A stretch of DNA of 38,568 bases from Octopus bimaculoides (taxonomy: Eukaryota): positions 62,951,000-62,989,567 of the forward strand of contig NC_068984.1 of NCBI RefSeq assembly GCF_001194135.2, read 5' to 3'. The position numbers and the translations under genes are program-made. Below, one piece after another: positions 1-12,148 of this stretch (the stretch's first letter is position 1; every line of letters begins with the position of its first letter). The notes beneath the pieces are model-generated. The model worked only from the letters and a program-made list of their open reading frames with translations, had not been told where the DNA came from and did not search any database.

Positions 1-514
1 ATATATATATATATATATATATACATAAATGAAAAATGGTTATTTCCAGATAATTTCGGTCTAAACTTCGTCAAATACTTGTCTATAGATTTGTAAATGT
101 GTGTATGTATGTGTATGTGTTAGAGAAAGACAGAGACAAAGAGAGAGTAAAAGAGAGAGAGTGAAAGATAGATTCAAAGCGTGTACGTGTATGTCCCTGA
201 ATGACAGTTGTATTAGCGTTTACATCCCACTGCCCTCCATATTTGTTGCATACACAGGTCTGTTCTCTTCCCTGATATCAATCATACTCACTATGCTACC
301 ACATTTCCCTCACACTAACACTCTTTCACACTTCTCATATCAAAGAATAGCCCAACCGACCATTTCAATTTTATAAATAATAATATGAATGTGGTTTGCC
401 TTCATCAGTATGCATATCTATATCGGTGTAGGAAATTTGGAATGATTTAGGCGCGAAAACTTTTTAAAAAGTCCAACTTTGAAACAGCCTTCTCTCTGTC
501 TTTCACGAAAATAT

Positions 515-616
515 TATAAGATCCGGACTTTTGATATTTCGATGTTATACTACTTGGTTTTCAAAGTTTTCGATTCTTCAATACTGATGTTCGACCTTCT
601 GAAGTCCGACCTTATA
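515..616. mobile_element. Small MITE-like element with imperfect terminal inverted repeats and TA ends
   Basis: Left end tataagatccggactt (515-530) is the near reverse complement of right end aagtccgaccttata (602-616). Confidence 0.35.
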
Positions 617-634
617 CTGCAAATATATATGCAA

Positions 635-686
635 GTGTGTGTGTATGTGTGCACGTATGCATGCGTGTGTGTGTGTGTGTGTGTGT

Positions 687-763
<77 letters not shown>
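635..763. repeat. (GT)n microsatellite
   Basis: Direct reading; explains the CVCV ORF 479..832. Confidence 0.97.
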
Positions 764-766
<3 letters not shown>

Positions 767-939
767 TTGAGTACAAATGGGCCAAAAATATTTAGAGCCT
801 TAGAGAAACAAAAACGGGGAGAATTCCTTTAATACTAAATTCAGTTATCGCATGACAAATACAAGTTACCTTTAACGTTTTCTTTTTTTCATTTTGCCTT
901 CTTTGGACTTTTTCAGTGCGGCTGGCATTTGTTTTTAAC

Positions 940-1420
940 TTGGTCAATTTACTGGGAGACAATGCTTTGTGTGGAGTGTCACCAGGAGGTTTAATAGGAC
1001 TTCTTTTCTTTAAAGGGTATGTTGCTAGTCAATCGTTCATATGCATTCTACGCACGTCTGTTTTACCTATCATGTATGCACTTTATGGAAATGATGAATT
1101 TGTTTTTCCAACAAGAGGGCGCACTGCCACAGTACTACCTTGATGTATGAGAATACCTAGTTAAGATTTGCAAGGATACTGGATAGGTGGAAGTACAATT
1201 GCGTTCCGTGTCCGTTCTTCTGATTTAATTCCTGCTAGACCTTACTTGTGCGGCACCCTGACACATGTCATGTATCACATCAAACTGGCTACACCAACAG
1301 CCGTTCGGTGTCCATCATTCCACTGGACACCTTGACCAACGTAGCCCAAATAGCAGATCTCCGTAGTAATGAGTGATTGGATCCATAACAGCCACCGCTT
1401 TGAGCGCCTCTTGTAATTTC
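940..1420 (+). mobile_element. Decayed 3' half of a Tc1/mariner (maT/DD37D-like) transposase
   Basis: Frameshifted translation VNLLGDNALCGVSPGGLIGLLFF...LYGNDEFVF-QQEGA...RSSDLIP...GTL matches the family motifs VNLPGV.VWCG.S..G.IGP.FF / FQQDGAP.H / PRSPDL.P.DF.LWG.LK. Confidence 0.8.
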
Positions 1421-1545
1421 AGAAGTTAAAGAAAACTTATTTTAATTGAGAAGCCAATTGAGATGCCTCAAAAAATTCAGTATAAAAATATTCTTACACG
1501 CTTTTGTTTTCTTTGAGTTTGTATATAGCTTTTTGGTGGTCTCTG

Positions 1546-1581
1546 CACACACACACACACACACACTCACACAACACTCAT

Positions 1582-1612
<31 letters not shown>
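1546..1612. repeat. (CA)n/(TA)n microsatellite
   Basis: Direct reading. Confidence 0.95.
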
Positions 1613-1615
<3 letters not shown>

Positions 1616-1616
1616 T

Positions 1617-1702
1617 ATTTTATTCTTTTACTCGTTTCAGTCATCTTGACTCTGGCCATGCTGGAGTTAGTCATGTAAGCCCGGTACTTATTCTATCGGT
1701 CT
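1617..1702 (-). mobile_element. 3' tail of SINE family B (5'-truncated), fused to the LINE fragment
   Basis: Minus strand agaccgatagaataagtac...ctccagcatggccagagtcaagatgactgaaacgagtaaaagaata matches the 3' end of the SINE at 21876-22313. Confidence 0.75.
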
Positions 1703-2700
1703 GCAGCAGTCCGGACGGTTGAGGACAAATGTCCTCCATAGTACCAGCACAGTTTCCTGGTCCCTATTTCTGAAGGTCTTCAGAATCCATCCGACTATGG
1801 TGACATGCATGGGAAACGAGGCGTCGCTGCTTATATCAATCCCAAGATCACGCACCGTATTTAATTCTAGGATTGGCGATCTTTTTGGTCCAAAGTATCG
1901 TTGTTATGACTCCTGAGCACCAATTAGCTGGTAGTGGAGGGCTTGGAATTTATCTGCATTAAATTGCATGTTGTTGCCCTCGGTCCCTTTATATAGTGCA
2001 TCTAGAACTTTTTTTAAAAGATTAGCATCAGAAGTTTCCTTGGCTGCTTGTACTACTTTTGTGTCGTCGGCATAGCTAGTAAGTGATGCTATCTGTGTAA
2101 CTGATGGCATGTCTGAAAGAGCCACCATGAACAGTAGTGGCCCCAGTACAGTTCCTTGATGCACCCCACTTTCTGTTAATGTTTCCATGAAGAGGGCTCC
2201 GTTGGTTGCTACAGCTTGGCTTCTGTCTTTGAAGAAGCCATGCAACCACTCTCCGATTTTCTCAGCTGTACTGACTCTTTGTAGTTTGTGATATATCATC
2301 CCATAATCAACCTTATCAAAGACCTTCACAAAGTCGAAATATGTCGCATCTACATTTGAGCAATTCATTAACTGTTACAAGGCCCAATCATTATTGTTGC
2401 AAAACAATCCAGCGAAAGCCATGCTGGATGTCAGGAAGCAAGTCATTATCTTCAAGGAACGCATTTAGTTTCTTCCTAGCAATGCACTTCATGACTTTGC
2501 TGACATAGGAAGTTAGAGTGACAGATCTATAATTCTTAGCGTCTGCTCTGCTGCCTCTCTTATGGATAGTGCAAATAACGCCTTTCTTTAACTTTTTTGG
2601 AAGTCTCCCTGTTGTGAGGAAGCTCTGGAAGAGAACCTGAAGTGCTCTAGCTAGAGCTCCTTTGCAGCGTGTTCAGAATAGCATATACTTCAGAGCTTGA
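1703..2700 (-). mobile_element. CR1-type non-LTR retrotransposon reverse transcriptase fragment (degraded)
   Basis: ORF 1904..2368 has YFDFVKVFDKVD, GVHQGTVLGPLLF and YADDTK. The upstream frame has KNYRSVTLTS and QHGFR; downstream are RDLGI and GWILKTF. These are CR1/L2-group RT motifs. Confidence 0.9.
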
Positions 2701-2904
2701 CGACCGTGTGAATGTTAGATGCGCAACGCGCATTTCAGTGCATGCAGCTTGTTAATGTCACGTAATCGGATCGTTTTTTACAAGAAACTGCTCCACCCAG
2801 TTCGAAGTATATAGAAACAACAAATAAATAACTCGCTGATTTTATGTTTGTAAAAAGAACTTTTCGGAGACAACCACTGCACACTTATTTTCAGAGATAT
2901 CCTA

Positions 2905-3062
2905 TTATTTTATTCAACATATTTGCCTCTCAGATTCACGCACTTATTACAGCAGTCGTCCTTCAGTTTTTCTAAGACCTGTAAAAAAACTCAAAAGGTT
3001 GGGCCTCCATCCAGGCCTTTCGCGATAACCATAAAGCCAGAAACTTTTTAGCACTCCCGTGC
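2905..3062 (-). mobile_element. Partial mariner-derived non-autonomous element (one TIR plus transposase C-terminus)
   Basis: Minus strand begins gtgctaaaaagtttctggcttta (mariner-type TIR) and encodes a decayed mariner C-terminus ending C(V)NLRGKYVE*. Confidence 0.55.
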
Positions 3063-3828
3063 ATACATTTCAAATTATGCAATAAAAGCATTTATACATA
3101 TACTCCTTAGTCTTTAAGCGAGGCTACAGGAAAAGTAGTAATATTTATATCCTGTGACTTTTCGTTCAATAATATAACCGTGCGGCACATCTTAGTCAAA
3201 TGAGCATTGAGCACGATATAACCAACTAAAAGCTTGAAGATTTTACCATAACACGAATCCGGTAAAAATAGACTTAAGTGTAAAACATTTTACGCATGTT
3301 AATTCTCAATACGTATATTAATAGGTATTTAATGCTATTTTTAGTTTACAACGAAAACATTTTTCTTTAAGCATAAGAGAAGCAAAGAATGACTTTTTAA
3401 TGAAGCATTAAAAGTTATGAATAATAAAACATTGAAATTAATCAATGCGATTTAAATACAAATGAAAAGAAACATTTGCAATTGTCTTTAAAAAAACATT
3501 AAATTATGTTTACAAATTCCGCTTGCATCACATGTTTTATTATTCAAATAACATCAATATATATAAAACATATCAACATCAGTTTTAGTGCTGAAATTAA
3601 AGATATGATTCAAACATTACAGTTTCTAAGAGATGGTCGTAAATGATTTAATATTTTTTTCTTTCCTTTTTTCTTTTCTTTATTTTTTGTCTATTTATTT
3701 ATAGATGTTTGCAATCAATTTAATGCAATGTGTACAAAAAAATAGTACAAATGTCATTAGAAAATTGATTTTAAAATTTCGAAATTTTCGCTCGGCAGTA
3801 TTTGTTATTCTTAACATCATTATACATG

Positions 3829-3829
3829 A

Positions 3830-3857
<28 letters not shown>
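3829..3857. repeat. (GT)n microsatellite
   Basis: Direct reading. Confidence 0.95.
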
Positions 3858-3860
<3 letters not shown>

Positions 3861-5407
3861 ACACATACATAGTGTGCAGTGGAATGATCTTTCATGACGT
3901 AGGTTTGAAAAAAAATTGTCTCACTTCTAAATCAAACATATATCATCTATCTTATCGCATATATTTGGAGTGGTTTAGATGTCCATTCGCAAAAAATGTA
4001 ACCAAGTTCGATTTTCTTGTAGGCTCAAGGGCAAGGATTTTTTTTTTTGAATCAATACAGATATTTAAATCAATATAGATAATTTCAATTATATATTCAA
4101 ATATATCCAGAGCAATGATATTTGGAATATTGCCAGTTGAACTATAATTGTTGCTAAAGAGAATATATTACTGTCATAATAAATATATTCGTGCAGAAAC
4201 TGAATATTCTTTCTTTGTAGTTGTACACACTACATTTGCTACTACATTCGTCATACGCGTTTGCTTTGCAACAGTAGTCACTTTATATTTGAGATATTTT
4301 CTCTACTAGCCAGCTTTAAACACTGTCTCATTTGACTCATTTTTCTTAAGGGGTCAGTGAGGTTTACGTTCATATTTACATTCAGATTGCTTGTAGTACT
4401 ACTGTGTTTCTGATTGTATTTGATGATTTGCAATCTTACACTACCCAAACAAGCATAGATGATCATACTTGATTTTTATATACTTAAAGAAATACATTTT
4501 TATCTATGTTGAGTTGTGGGTAATATCCTAAGAAGTTTCTTGCTATAGCTTTTAGTCAGATCTCTACTATGTAAGCGATTTAACAATCTTAGTTTTCGAT
4601 TTATATTTTTAGCATATGTCTGTGTGAGCTTTTCTATGCATTTCCCGTTGTTGATGAGACCACTTCTCTTTGAAGATAGGAGTAGCTTTATGGAATATTT
4701 TATATCCCGTGGGTTATTTAGATATAAGTCAGATCTTATTCTGTTACGCGTGACTTTTTGTCCTTATTTATGCATATATTTTCTTGCTTACACCTTCGTT
4801 TGGAGTGTTATATTCTAATGTTTTGATATAATTTGTTATAACTAAAACATTGTTAATATCAAGTATGTGTTTATTATAAATTTTATGTTGAATTCTTTAA
4901 AACATGTTAAGTTTTCTTTTTTAATTATCCTAAATTAGATATATCCAGCGTAACTCTGAACTGATACGTACAACAGATGGATTCTGTACAAAGCAACCGA
5001 AAATTAACCTTCACATAATAAGAATGAGATTCTTACATTTAATAACTATATACCTGTAATTTAAGATTGTGAATGTTCTTTTTGAATTTTTAACCATCTA
5101 GACGACTTTAACAATGAATAGGTGATATATTACAATTTTTAATTTGGTATATTTGTATTTGTTTTTAATTTCCATGAACATTAATCACTTAATTGTTGTA
5201 CTACAACCGCTGTATTGGGATAGGCTTGTTTCTCATTTGGTGGTTGGAGGTCACTAAATAGAACCGATGGAGGAGTTTGCATGTCACGTTAGACTTTTAA
5301 TTGGTACGATTTATTCCTTCAATAAGGAACTAACATTTCTCATAAGCTGTCTTGTTATCTAGATGAAAGGTTGATGAAATGTGTAGTTTTTCATAACTCT
5401 CTCAAAT

Positions 5408-5599
5408 CTTGTACAAGGCCAGCAATTTTGATGGAAGGTGTAACTCGATTCCTGTGCTCAACTGGTACTAATTTCATCGAACAGAAAGGATGAAAGGCAA
5501 AATAAACATCAACAGTATTTGAACTCAAAATATAAAGAACTGGAAGAAATACCGCGATTTCTTTTCACCACGGTAAAGATTCTACCAGCTCACTGCTTT
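5408..5599 (-). mobile_element. tRNA-derived SINE family A copy
   Basis: Reverse complement of head a.gcagtgagctggtagaat, B-box gagttcaaat and body actggtac...aaaggatgaaaggcaaa, shared with about ten other copies here. Confidence 0.8.
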
Positions 5600-5628
5600 G
5601 GTTTTCCCTGACAGTGATGTTCAATACG

Positions 5629-5842
5629 AAGGAGGCGAGCTGGCAGAACCGTTAGCTCGATGGGCAAAATGCATTGCGGCATTTCGTCCATCTTTCCTTT
5701 CTGAGTTCAAATACCGCTGAGGTCGACTTTGTCTCTCACTCTTTTAAGGTCAATAGAATAAGTTCCATTTGAGTTCTAGGTTCGCTGTAATCAACTTATC
5801 CCTCCCCGGAAAATGCTGGCCCCGTTCCAAAATTTGAAGCCA
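5629..5842 (+). mobile_element. tRNA-derived SINE family A copy
   Basis: aaggaggcgagctggcagaaccgttagc (A-box region) ...ctgagttcaaatacc (B-box) ...gaggtcgactttg ...ccaaaatttgaagcc. Confidence 0.85.
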
Positions 5843-5849
5843 ATGGTGT

Positions 5850-6560
5850 TCAATATGCGTTTGAAATGTTTACAATGCGCCATGAATTTCTAGCTCTTGT
5901 TGATTACTATATGTCTATTTTAGTTCGGTATGCATAAAGCTTAAGATCTAATTTTCTGATTTTCATTGTCTGTGTATATAATTTTCATCATAATATTTGC
6001 AGACATTCGCTGCATTGAATTCCTATTTGAAAATATAACTAAACACTGACATACATTACGTTGACGAGTATAACTTCAGTGAAGTTAATCAATAATGCAC
6101 AATAGTATCTCTACAGTATAAAACAACAAATATATCTACTTACAAATGCTACAAGACCTTATTTGCTGAATAACATATCTTGATGCGTATACTCAACAAA
6201 TATTTGTATACGTAGTACAATTCATTGTATTTTTTCCTTATTTATAAGTAAGATAATCTGGAGTTCTGCTACCGCCACAATATTTTGGATTACACAATGT
6301 TAAGCCTTCCAAAACAGCAAACGTGTAATAGTCGATCCTCGATTAACCCATAAAGTGCTGGGATTTGCACTTACATAGCATGCACTTCTGAGCACATTTC
6401 ATGAAAATGAGACTAACATGCACACATAAAAAACAAAAAAAATAGTTCAAATATTTTCTCAGTATATAATGATGGCAAGTTTTGCATCATCTGAAAAGTC
6501 ATTAGTTGAACTATTAGTCCTTTTGCCTTCTGGTGGGGTATCAGAGTGATTGAGTGACAT
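5850..6560 (-). pseudogene. Putative decayed rhodopsin-class (FMRFamide-receptor-like) GPCR pseudogene, N-terminus to TM4
   Basis: ATG at 6560, MSLNHSDT...NSS (N-glycosylation sequons). TM1-like YFFVFYVCMLVSFS*NVL (TGA where G of GN is expected), TM2-like YYTFAVLEGLTL, TM3-like RSCS...LLFYTVEILLCI (TVER with ATA for AGA). Several stops and frameshifts; cut by a SINE at 5842. Confidence 0.4.
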
Positions 6561-7625
6561 TAGACCCAAACAAAAGCCCATAAATTAAATGTATTTATCT
6601 GAGTCACGATCGTGGCCTGTGGACCTGTGCCTGACGGCGACGATCGTTATCCGTCGCGCTTTATGTTAATAAATGTTTAACTGTAAACATCTTATTTACA
6701 CTTTTTGTTCAAAATAAGATTCTTTTTCACAAATTAGGTTTTACCCTCCAAATCATGTGTATTCCGTTCCTCTGACTAAATAACGTAAATTAATTTCAGA
6801 AGCAACTTTAATTTAATGCACCACGTTTTAAATAAATATCATATTTATGTAAATTTTGATTAAATCAAGAATCCAAAATGAGGCAGGATTCACAACTCAG
6901 ATCCCTTCTACATGTATTTGGGGATAAAGTACGGCTTTATATTCAATTGGTCAATACCCCTTGATATTCGTAATGTGTAGCAGATGTCAAAGTTCTACTA
7001 AAGCATATAATATTAATCAGATTACCTGGTATTACACTATCTAATAATCCAGTTATTAAAATTCCTCCTCGAATATTTTTCGGCAAAGATAATCACATTT
7101 CTCATGAATATTTCAACATTTACAAAAGACATGGTCAAGGTGTAATAGCATAGAGATCCAATGTCCACCTCACAAATAAAACAATTATTCAAATCTTCAA
7201 ATAATATTTGAAGAGAAAATTAATGAAGACTGCGTTTTCCATTGCGAAATGTTATTAAAAAAAAAGGTGAGAAGATTGACACAAGGATGTCACCCAAAGC
7301 TATATTTTAAGCTCCAAGCTGATCGAGTAAATCGGTAGTTGAAGCTGATTTCCAGCAAGGCAATGAATTGTTTGTTCTCTGGTGATGACAATTTAGATTT
7401 TACAATGTTGACAAATTTATTACCAAATATTTAATATTTATATTATAACAAATACTTTATTTTCTGTGTCTCTACACCAGTAGTGCTAATAAATTGTCAT
7501 AATCATTTACGCTACAAACGATATGTTCTTCATCATCACCACTAACTAATGAAAAGCTTCAAAATTTTGTTTAGCTTTTCCTCAAAGAAATAAGTAATAT
7601 TAAGGAATAATAATACTAACAATAA

Positions 7626-7840
7626 TCCTTTCTACTATAAGCATAAGGCCTGAAATTTTTGGGGAGGGGGTCAGTTGATTAGATCTACGCCAGTACGCAA
7701 CTGGTACTTAATTTATCGACTCCGAAAGGATGAAAGGCAAAGTCGACCACGGTGGATTTTGAACTCAAAACGTAGCGACGAGCGAAATATCATTAAGCAT
7801 GTCGTCTAGCGTGGCAACGATTCTGCCAGCTCGCCGCCTT
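7626..7840 (-). mobile_element. SINE family A copy (tail type 1)
   Basis: Head end gattctgccagctcgccgcctt and tail ccttctctactataagcataaggcctgaaat; (AAT)n flank. Confidence 0.9.
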
Positions 7841-7867
7841 ACTAATAATAACAATAATAATAATAAT

Positions 7868-8083
7868 GGTTTCAAATTTTGCCCCAAGGACAGAAATTTT
7901 TGTGGGGGAGGGGATGAGTCGATTATATCGACCCCAGTGTTCATCTGTTACTTATTTTATCGACCCCGAAAGGATGAAAGGCAAAGTCTACTTCGGTGGA
8001 ATTTAAACTCAGAAAGTAGTGACGGTCACTATGCTACTAAGCGTTTTGCCCGGTGTGTTAACGATTCTGCCAGCTCACCGATT
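7868..8083 (-). mobile_element. SINE family A copy (tail type 2)
   Basis: ggtttcaaattttgccccaagg ... gaccccgaaaggatgaaaggcaaagtc ... aacgattctgccagctc. Confidence 0.9.
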
Positions 8084-9099
8084 TAATAATAATAACTATT
8101 ATTATTATGATCATAATTATTATCATCATCATTTTTATTTCTAATTTTGGCACAAGGACAGCGATTGAGCAGAGGAGAAGTCGATAATATTGAAATACTC
8201 TATTGAATGCTTTGTCTCAAAATGCTTGATACATTAAAAAAAATTTCCATCGTACATCATACGCCTGGAACCAACCAAAGAACCATTCAGAACGAAAAAT
8301 ATGCAGACCTCCAATAGCATGTAACCTCCTCTAGATATCATTCTCAAGGATTCAGCCGCATATTTAGAGTAGACACATTCACTCAGAGTATTTTGGCTAC
8401 ATTTACGGACCAACTTGTTGATCCTCGTCGAAGCCGCGAGTTTCTCCACATCTTGTCCTGTACAGAATGCAAGCATGGGAATCCCAATGATTGTGTTTCC
8501 TTATTGGTAAACAAGTAGATGTGACCACTTGATTATACTATTGAAACTAGGCGCTAGTCTTCATCATTGAACTGCAGTTCCGACACCATAGAAGAACTAA
8601 AAAAAAAGTTGTCGCACAGAGTGACCGTAATTTTTCACTACTCAGTAATCTTTGAAGTTGCAGTAGCTACGGCACAAACTTTCATCACGACAGAGAGCCA
8701 TCAGTTCAGTGGTATTTGTTAGTATATGAAGTAGTTAGTAAGTGGAACATTTCAATTTCAAAAGAATTGGAAGTGCAGACTCACTTTTTCTGGACTAGCA
8801 ACAACTATTACAGGCGGACAAGCTGTAATAAATAACGCAAGCATTCGTATTTAAATCTATTTTTTTTGTGAGATTATTCCCCTTGCTCATAATTTTATTC
8901 CAGCTACTATCCATGTGGATGTTCGGAATGAACCAGGTCTCACGGAAACAACCTGGTTCGTTTATTTGGCATCTCTATTCACAGTTAGCTTCTGCTTTTA
9001 TTTTTTAAAGTAAATATTCAAAATAAATATAATTAAGACAGTACAGGACCAGGACGAATGAAAATCATAGCGAAGTGTTCCATACCTACTGCATAACAA

Positions 9100-9520
9100 C
9101 ATTGCATCCAAGATAAACTTGAGTTATAAAATTAGACGAAATCAAGAATCGTGCAAATTAGCGAACGTTCAGAGATTTTAGGGGAAAAAATAGCAAGCTC
9201 CCAAGAAACTAAGTAGCCAGAAGAAACGACACCATGCACTCTGATTATCTGATTATAGGCACAAAATATGGCCTGTTACATAGAGAGGAGAATACAACTG
9301 AAGCGACCATGAGATTAAACAATAGATTAAATATAGGAAGAAAGAAGCAGGAGAGAATTAAAGAAAACTACACATACTATAATTAAAACTTCAAAGTCAA
9401 CATTAGAATATCGCAGGGAAGATCATACAAGGAACAAAAACAGGCAGTACAGCAAATCGAAACACACAGTAAAAAGAACTATAGACACAAAACAATGATG
9501 AAGGACATATGCCTACACAA
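9100..9520 (+). mobile_element. Possible highly decayed RTE-like LINE fragment
   Basis: Purine-rich stretch with a frameshifted GTK.WPVT..EEN...ATMR resembling the RTE post-RT GSETWP.T motif; many stops. Confidence 0.25.
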
Positions 9521-9549
9521 TACATATGAATATATTGATTTTAAATTTA

Positions 9550-9752
9550 GTCACAAAGCCAGCAATTCCGGTTAAGCAGCTACGTCGATTACATCGACCC
9601 ACGTGCTTAACTGTTACTTATTTTATCGGCCTCGAAAGGATGAAAAGGAAAAGTCAATCTCCGTAGAATCTGAACTCGGAACGTAAAGACGAACGAAATG
9701 TTGCTTAGTATTTTGTCTGGCGTGCTAATGATTCTGCTTGCTCGCTGCCTCC
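9550..9752 (-). mobile_element. SINE family A copy
   Basis: gtcgattacatcgaccc...gaaaggatgaaa...tgaactcggaacgtaaagacg...gctaatgattctgc...ctcgctgcct. Confidence 0.85.
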
Positions 9753-10029
9753 ATTGTAAATCTTAATATATTGAAACGTATTATAATTACACGTGATATA
9801 ATTCATAAATGCAAAAATCAAAAATGACTCCTACCCGCAAATTTTGAATACCGACTAGATTTCGTCAAACTATTGGGTCAGAATACCCACCTGCACACAT
9901 AAGTATTTCCTTTGTTTGGATATAGCGTAACACGTACTCTGGGCTGGCGTTTTTCCGGTGATGGAAAATTAGCTTGATTACGCTGACATTCTCTAAGCTG
10001 AGTATATTTCTATGTATTTTGTCTCCGTT

Positions 10030-10960
10030 TCTTCTTCACTAAATTTCACGCAATTCACATCACCTTACTTCATATTTTCCGGCATCTCTAATGGAATATT
10101 GTTGGTCTTCTGACCTCGTATAAAGATTAAGTAGATTTGATGACGAGATATCCCGTAATACATTCTATCTCATTCGCTACGTTAGTAAAAGTCTTTGCTG
10201 TATTAGCTAATGTTTTCTTTTTTGCTTGCCACTTTGGCATTTTTGAACTGCAAAACTTTTCTTTTGTGGGGGAAATTTCATTTTCTTTTACTAATTTCAT
10301 TATTCTGCCAACCCTACTTATCTCCTCTTTCCCACCTTACCGTCGCAAAACGATGGAAGATGCTCATGATTATGGTTGTAAGAGTGGATCCCTGATCATT
10401 TGTTTTTGAAAGCAAGTGCGAGGAAATCTCATTTAGTATTACTTGCGTCACAATAGCAGTTTCTATAATTGCAGTTATTTCCGCTGTTCTCTTCTGTTTT
10501 CGTGTGCTTGCAGGAAGCAATCTCTCAAATGGCACCTAATTGCAAACGTGTAACACCTGCCTTTTCTAGCCTACACCGAAACATATATATCTTTTTCTTT
10601 TTGTTTTATTTTTTCAAGCTATTCTCGAAAATATCCGTGTTCATTAAGACTCGCATGAACATACGGGACACTCACAACCACTTGTTCACATGTCGTCTTT
10701 TTCATCTGCCCATAAATGCAACAAATATGCAGACAAGCGAAGGGTCAACGTTATCTCCAATGTTTTTCAATGAGAATTCCTTGTTGCACTCCCCACGCAA
10801 TTTGGCAGTATCTTTTGGATTTACCTTTCACGCATCAACTTCTTCTTGCTCGTTTCGTCCACAGTTTTGAAAACCTCAACTTCTTAAAAAATATTGCCCC
10901 GTATATCGACCACGGCTATCTCAAGTTGGTGTTTTCGGGGTGTAATAAGACATGATGTAT
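10030..10960 (-). mobile_element. Possible third, very decayed copy of the gag-like ORF1-only retroposon
   Basis: Frameshifted VFKTVDETSKKK (cf. IFKTYSTKTKK), a degenerate knuckle CYT...CHLRDC near 10510-10555 and KVGKRR (cf. KTVGRKK), in the same order as the 17326-18925 element; no TSD found. Confidence 0.3.
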
Positions 10961-11569
10961 CAAGGGATTCACCACCACCCCATATATATATATATATATA
11001 TATATATAACCACCTTGCACAATCTCCGATAAAGACCACGTAGAGGGAGGTATTTCCCTATGCACTATGTATCTTCCACGTAGCTAATTTTATTTAATAA
11101 GACAACTGTGTTTACTTTCTATCTGTTGCCCTAAAGCGAGTGAAACAGCCTCTATTGTATCTCACAAAACGATACGTTATTTTAAAAATAAATTTGCGTT
11201 TCTTTAATTAAAAAAATAAGATTCTGTTGTTGATTTTAATATTATCGATCAAATTCTTCAAACTAGCATTTACAGAAGTTGAGGTATCTTTATATATTCC
11301 TGAAAAATGTGTGCGTCATGCTGTGAAATTAATTTTCTCTTTTCAAAGGATTTCTTTTGTTTTACTTACTGAGAGGGAAGGAATTTCACTGAAGAGATGT
11401 CATTTTGAGTTCGACGTGAACAAAACAAAAAGACAGAGAAACGATCAAACTTTCCCTCTCGTTTAACAAAGCAGACGCCCCAGGAAATTTCTTTTTGCCA
11501 AATTTTGGAGAAATGTTTTTTTTTATTCAATAGTATTCAGAAAAAAATTAGAAACTCTCAGAACAAAGT

Positions 11570-11766
11570 AATAATAATAATCCTTTCTACTATAGGCACA
11601 AGGCCTGAAATTTGTGGGACGGGGACTAGTCGATTACATCAACCCCAGTGTTTCACTCGTACTTAATGTATTGACCCCTGAAAGGATGAAAGGCAAAGTC
11701 AACCTCGGCGAAATTTGAATCCAGAACGTAAAGATGGACGAAATACTGCTAAGCACTTCGCCCTAC
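11570..11766 (-). mobile_element. SINE family A copy (tail type 1, head truncated)
   Basis: (aat)n-cctttctactataggcacaaggcctgaaatttgtggg...gaaaggatgaaaggcaaagtcaacctcggcg. Confidence 0.9.
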
Positions 11767-12148
11767 TTGCTATATAATAATAATAATAAGGATGATAATA
11801 ATAATAATAATAATATGGGCCCCACCTGCAAGGTCATGCTCTGTTTATTTTCATATGAGATCACCATATCGTGCCAATATAGTTGTGATACATGTGCCCG
11901 TGTACTATTATCAGACGGGTAGTCATGATGGGTATATTGGGCTTTGTATATTTGTATCCCAGTATCACTTTGATGGCATGCGCTTCTCTTTCACTCAATA
12001 ATAATAATAATTCTTTCTAATTTTCACACGGGACCAAATATTTTGAGATGAGGGAGCAAATCGGTTATAATTACCCACAGGAACTGATAAGGCTGGTTGG
12101 TGTGTAAGTAACCGAGCTCACAAAACTCCTCTGAACAGGACGAAAATC

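Noticed and set aside
8785-8822. 38-nt micro-exon candidate on the minus strand (ttattacag / gtgagt; CPPVIVVASPEK)
   Set aside because: Good splice motifs but no partner exons or recognisable product; such matches arise by chance in 38 kb.
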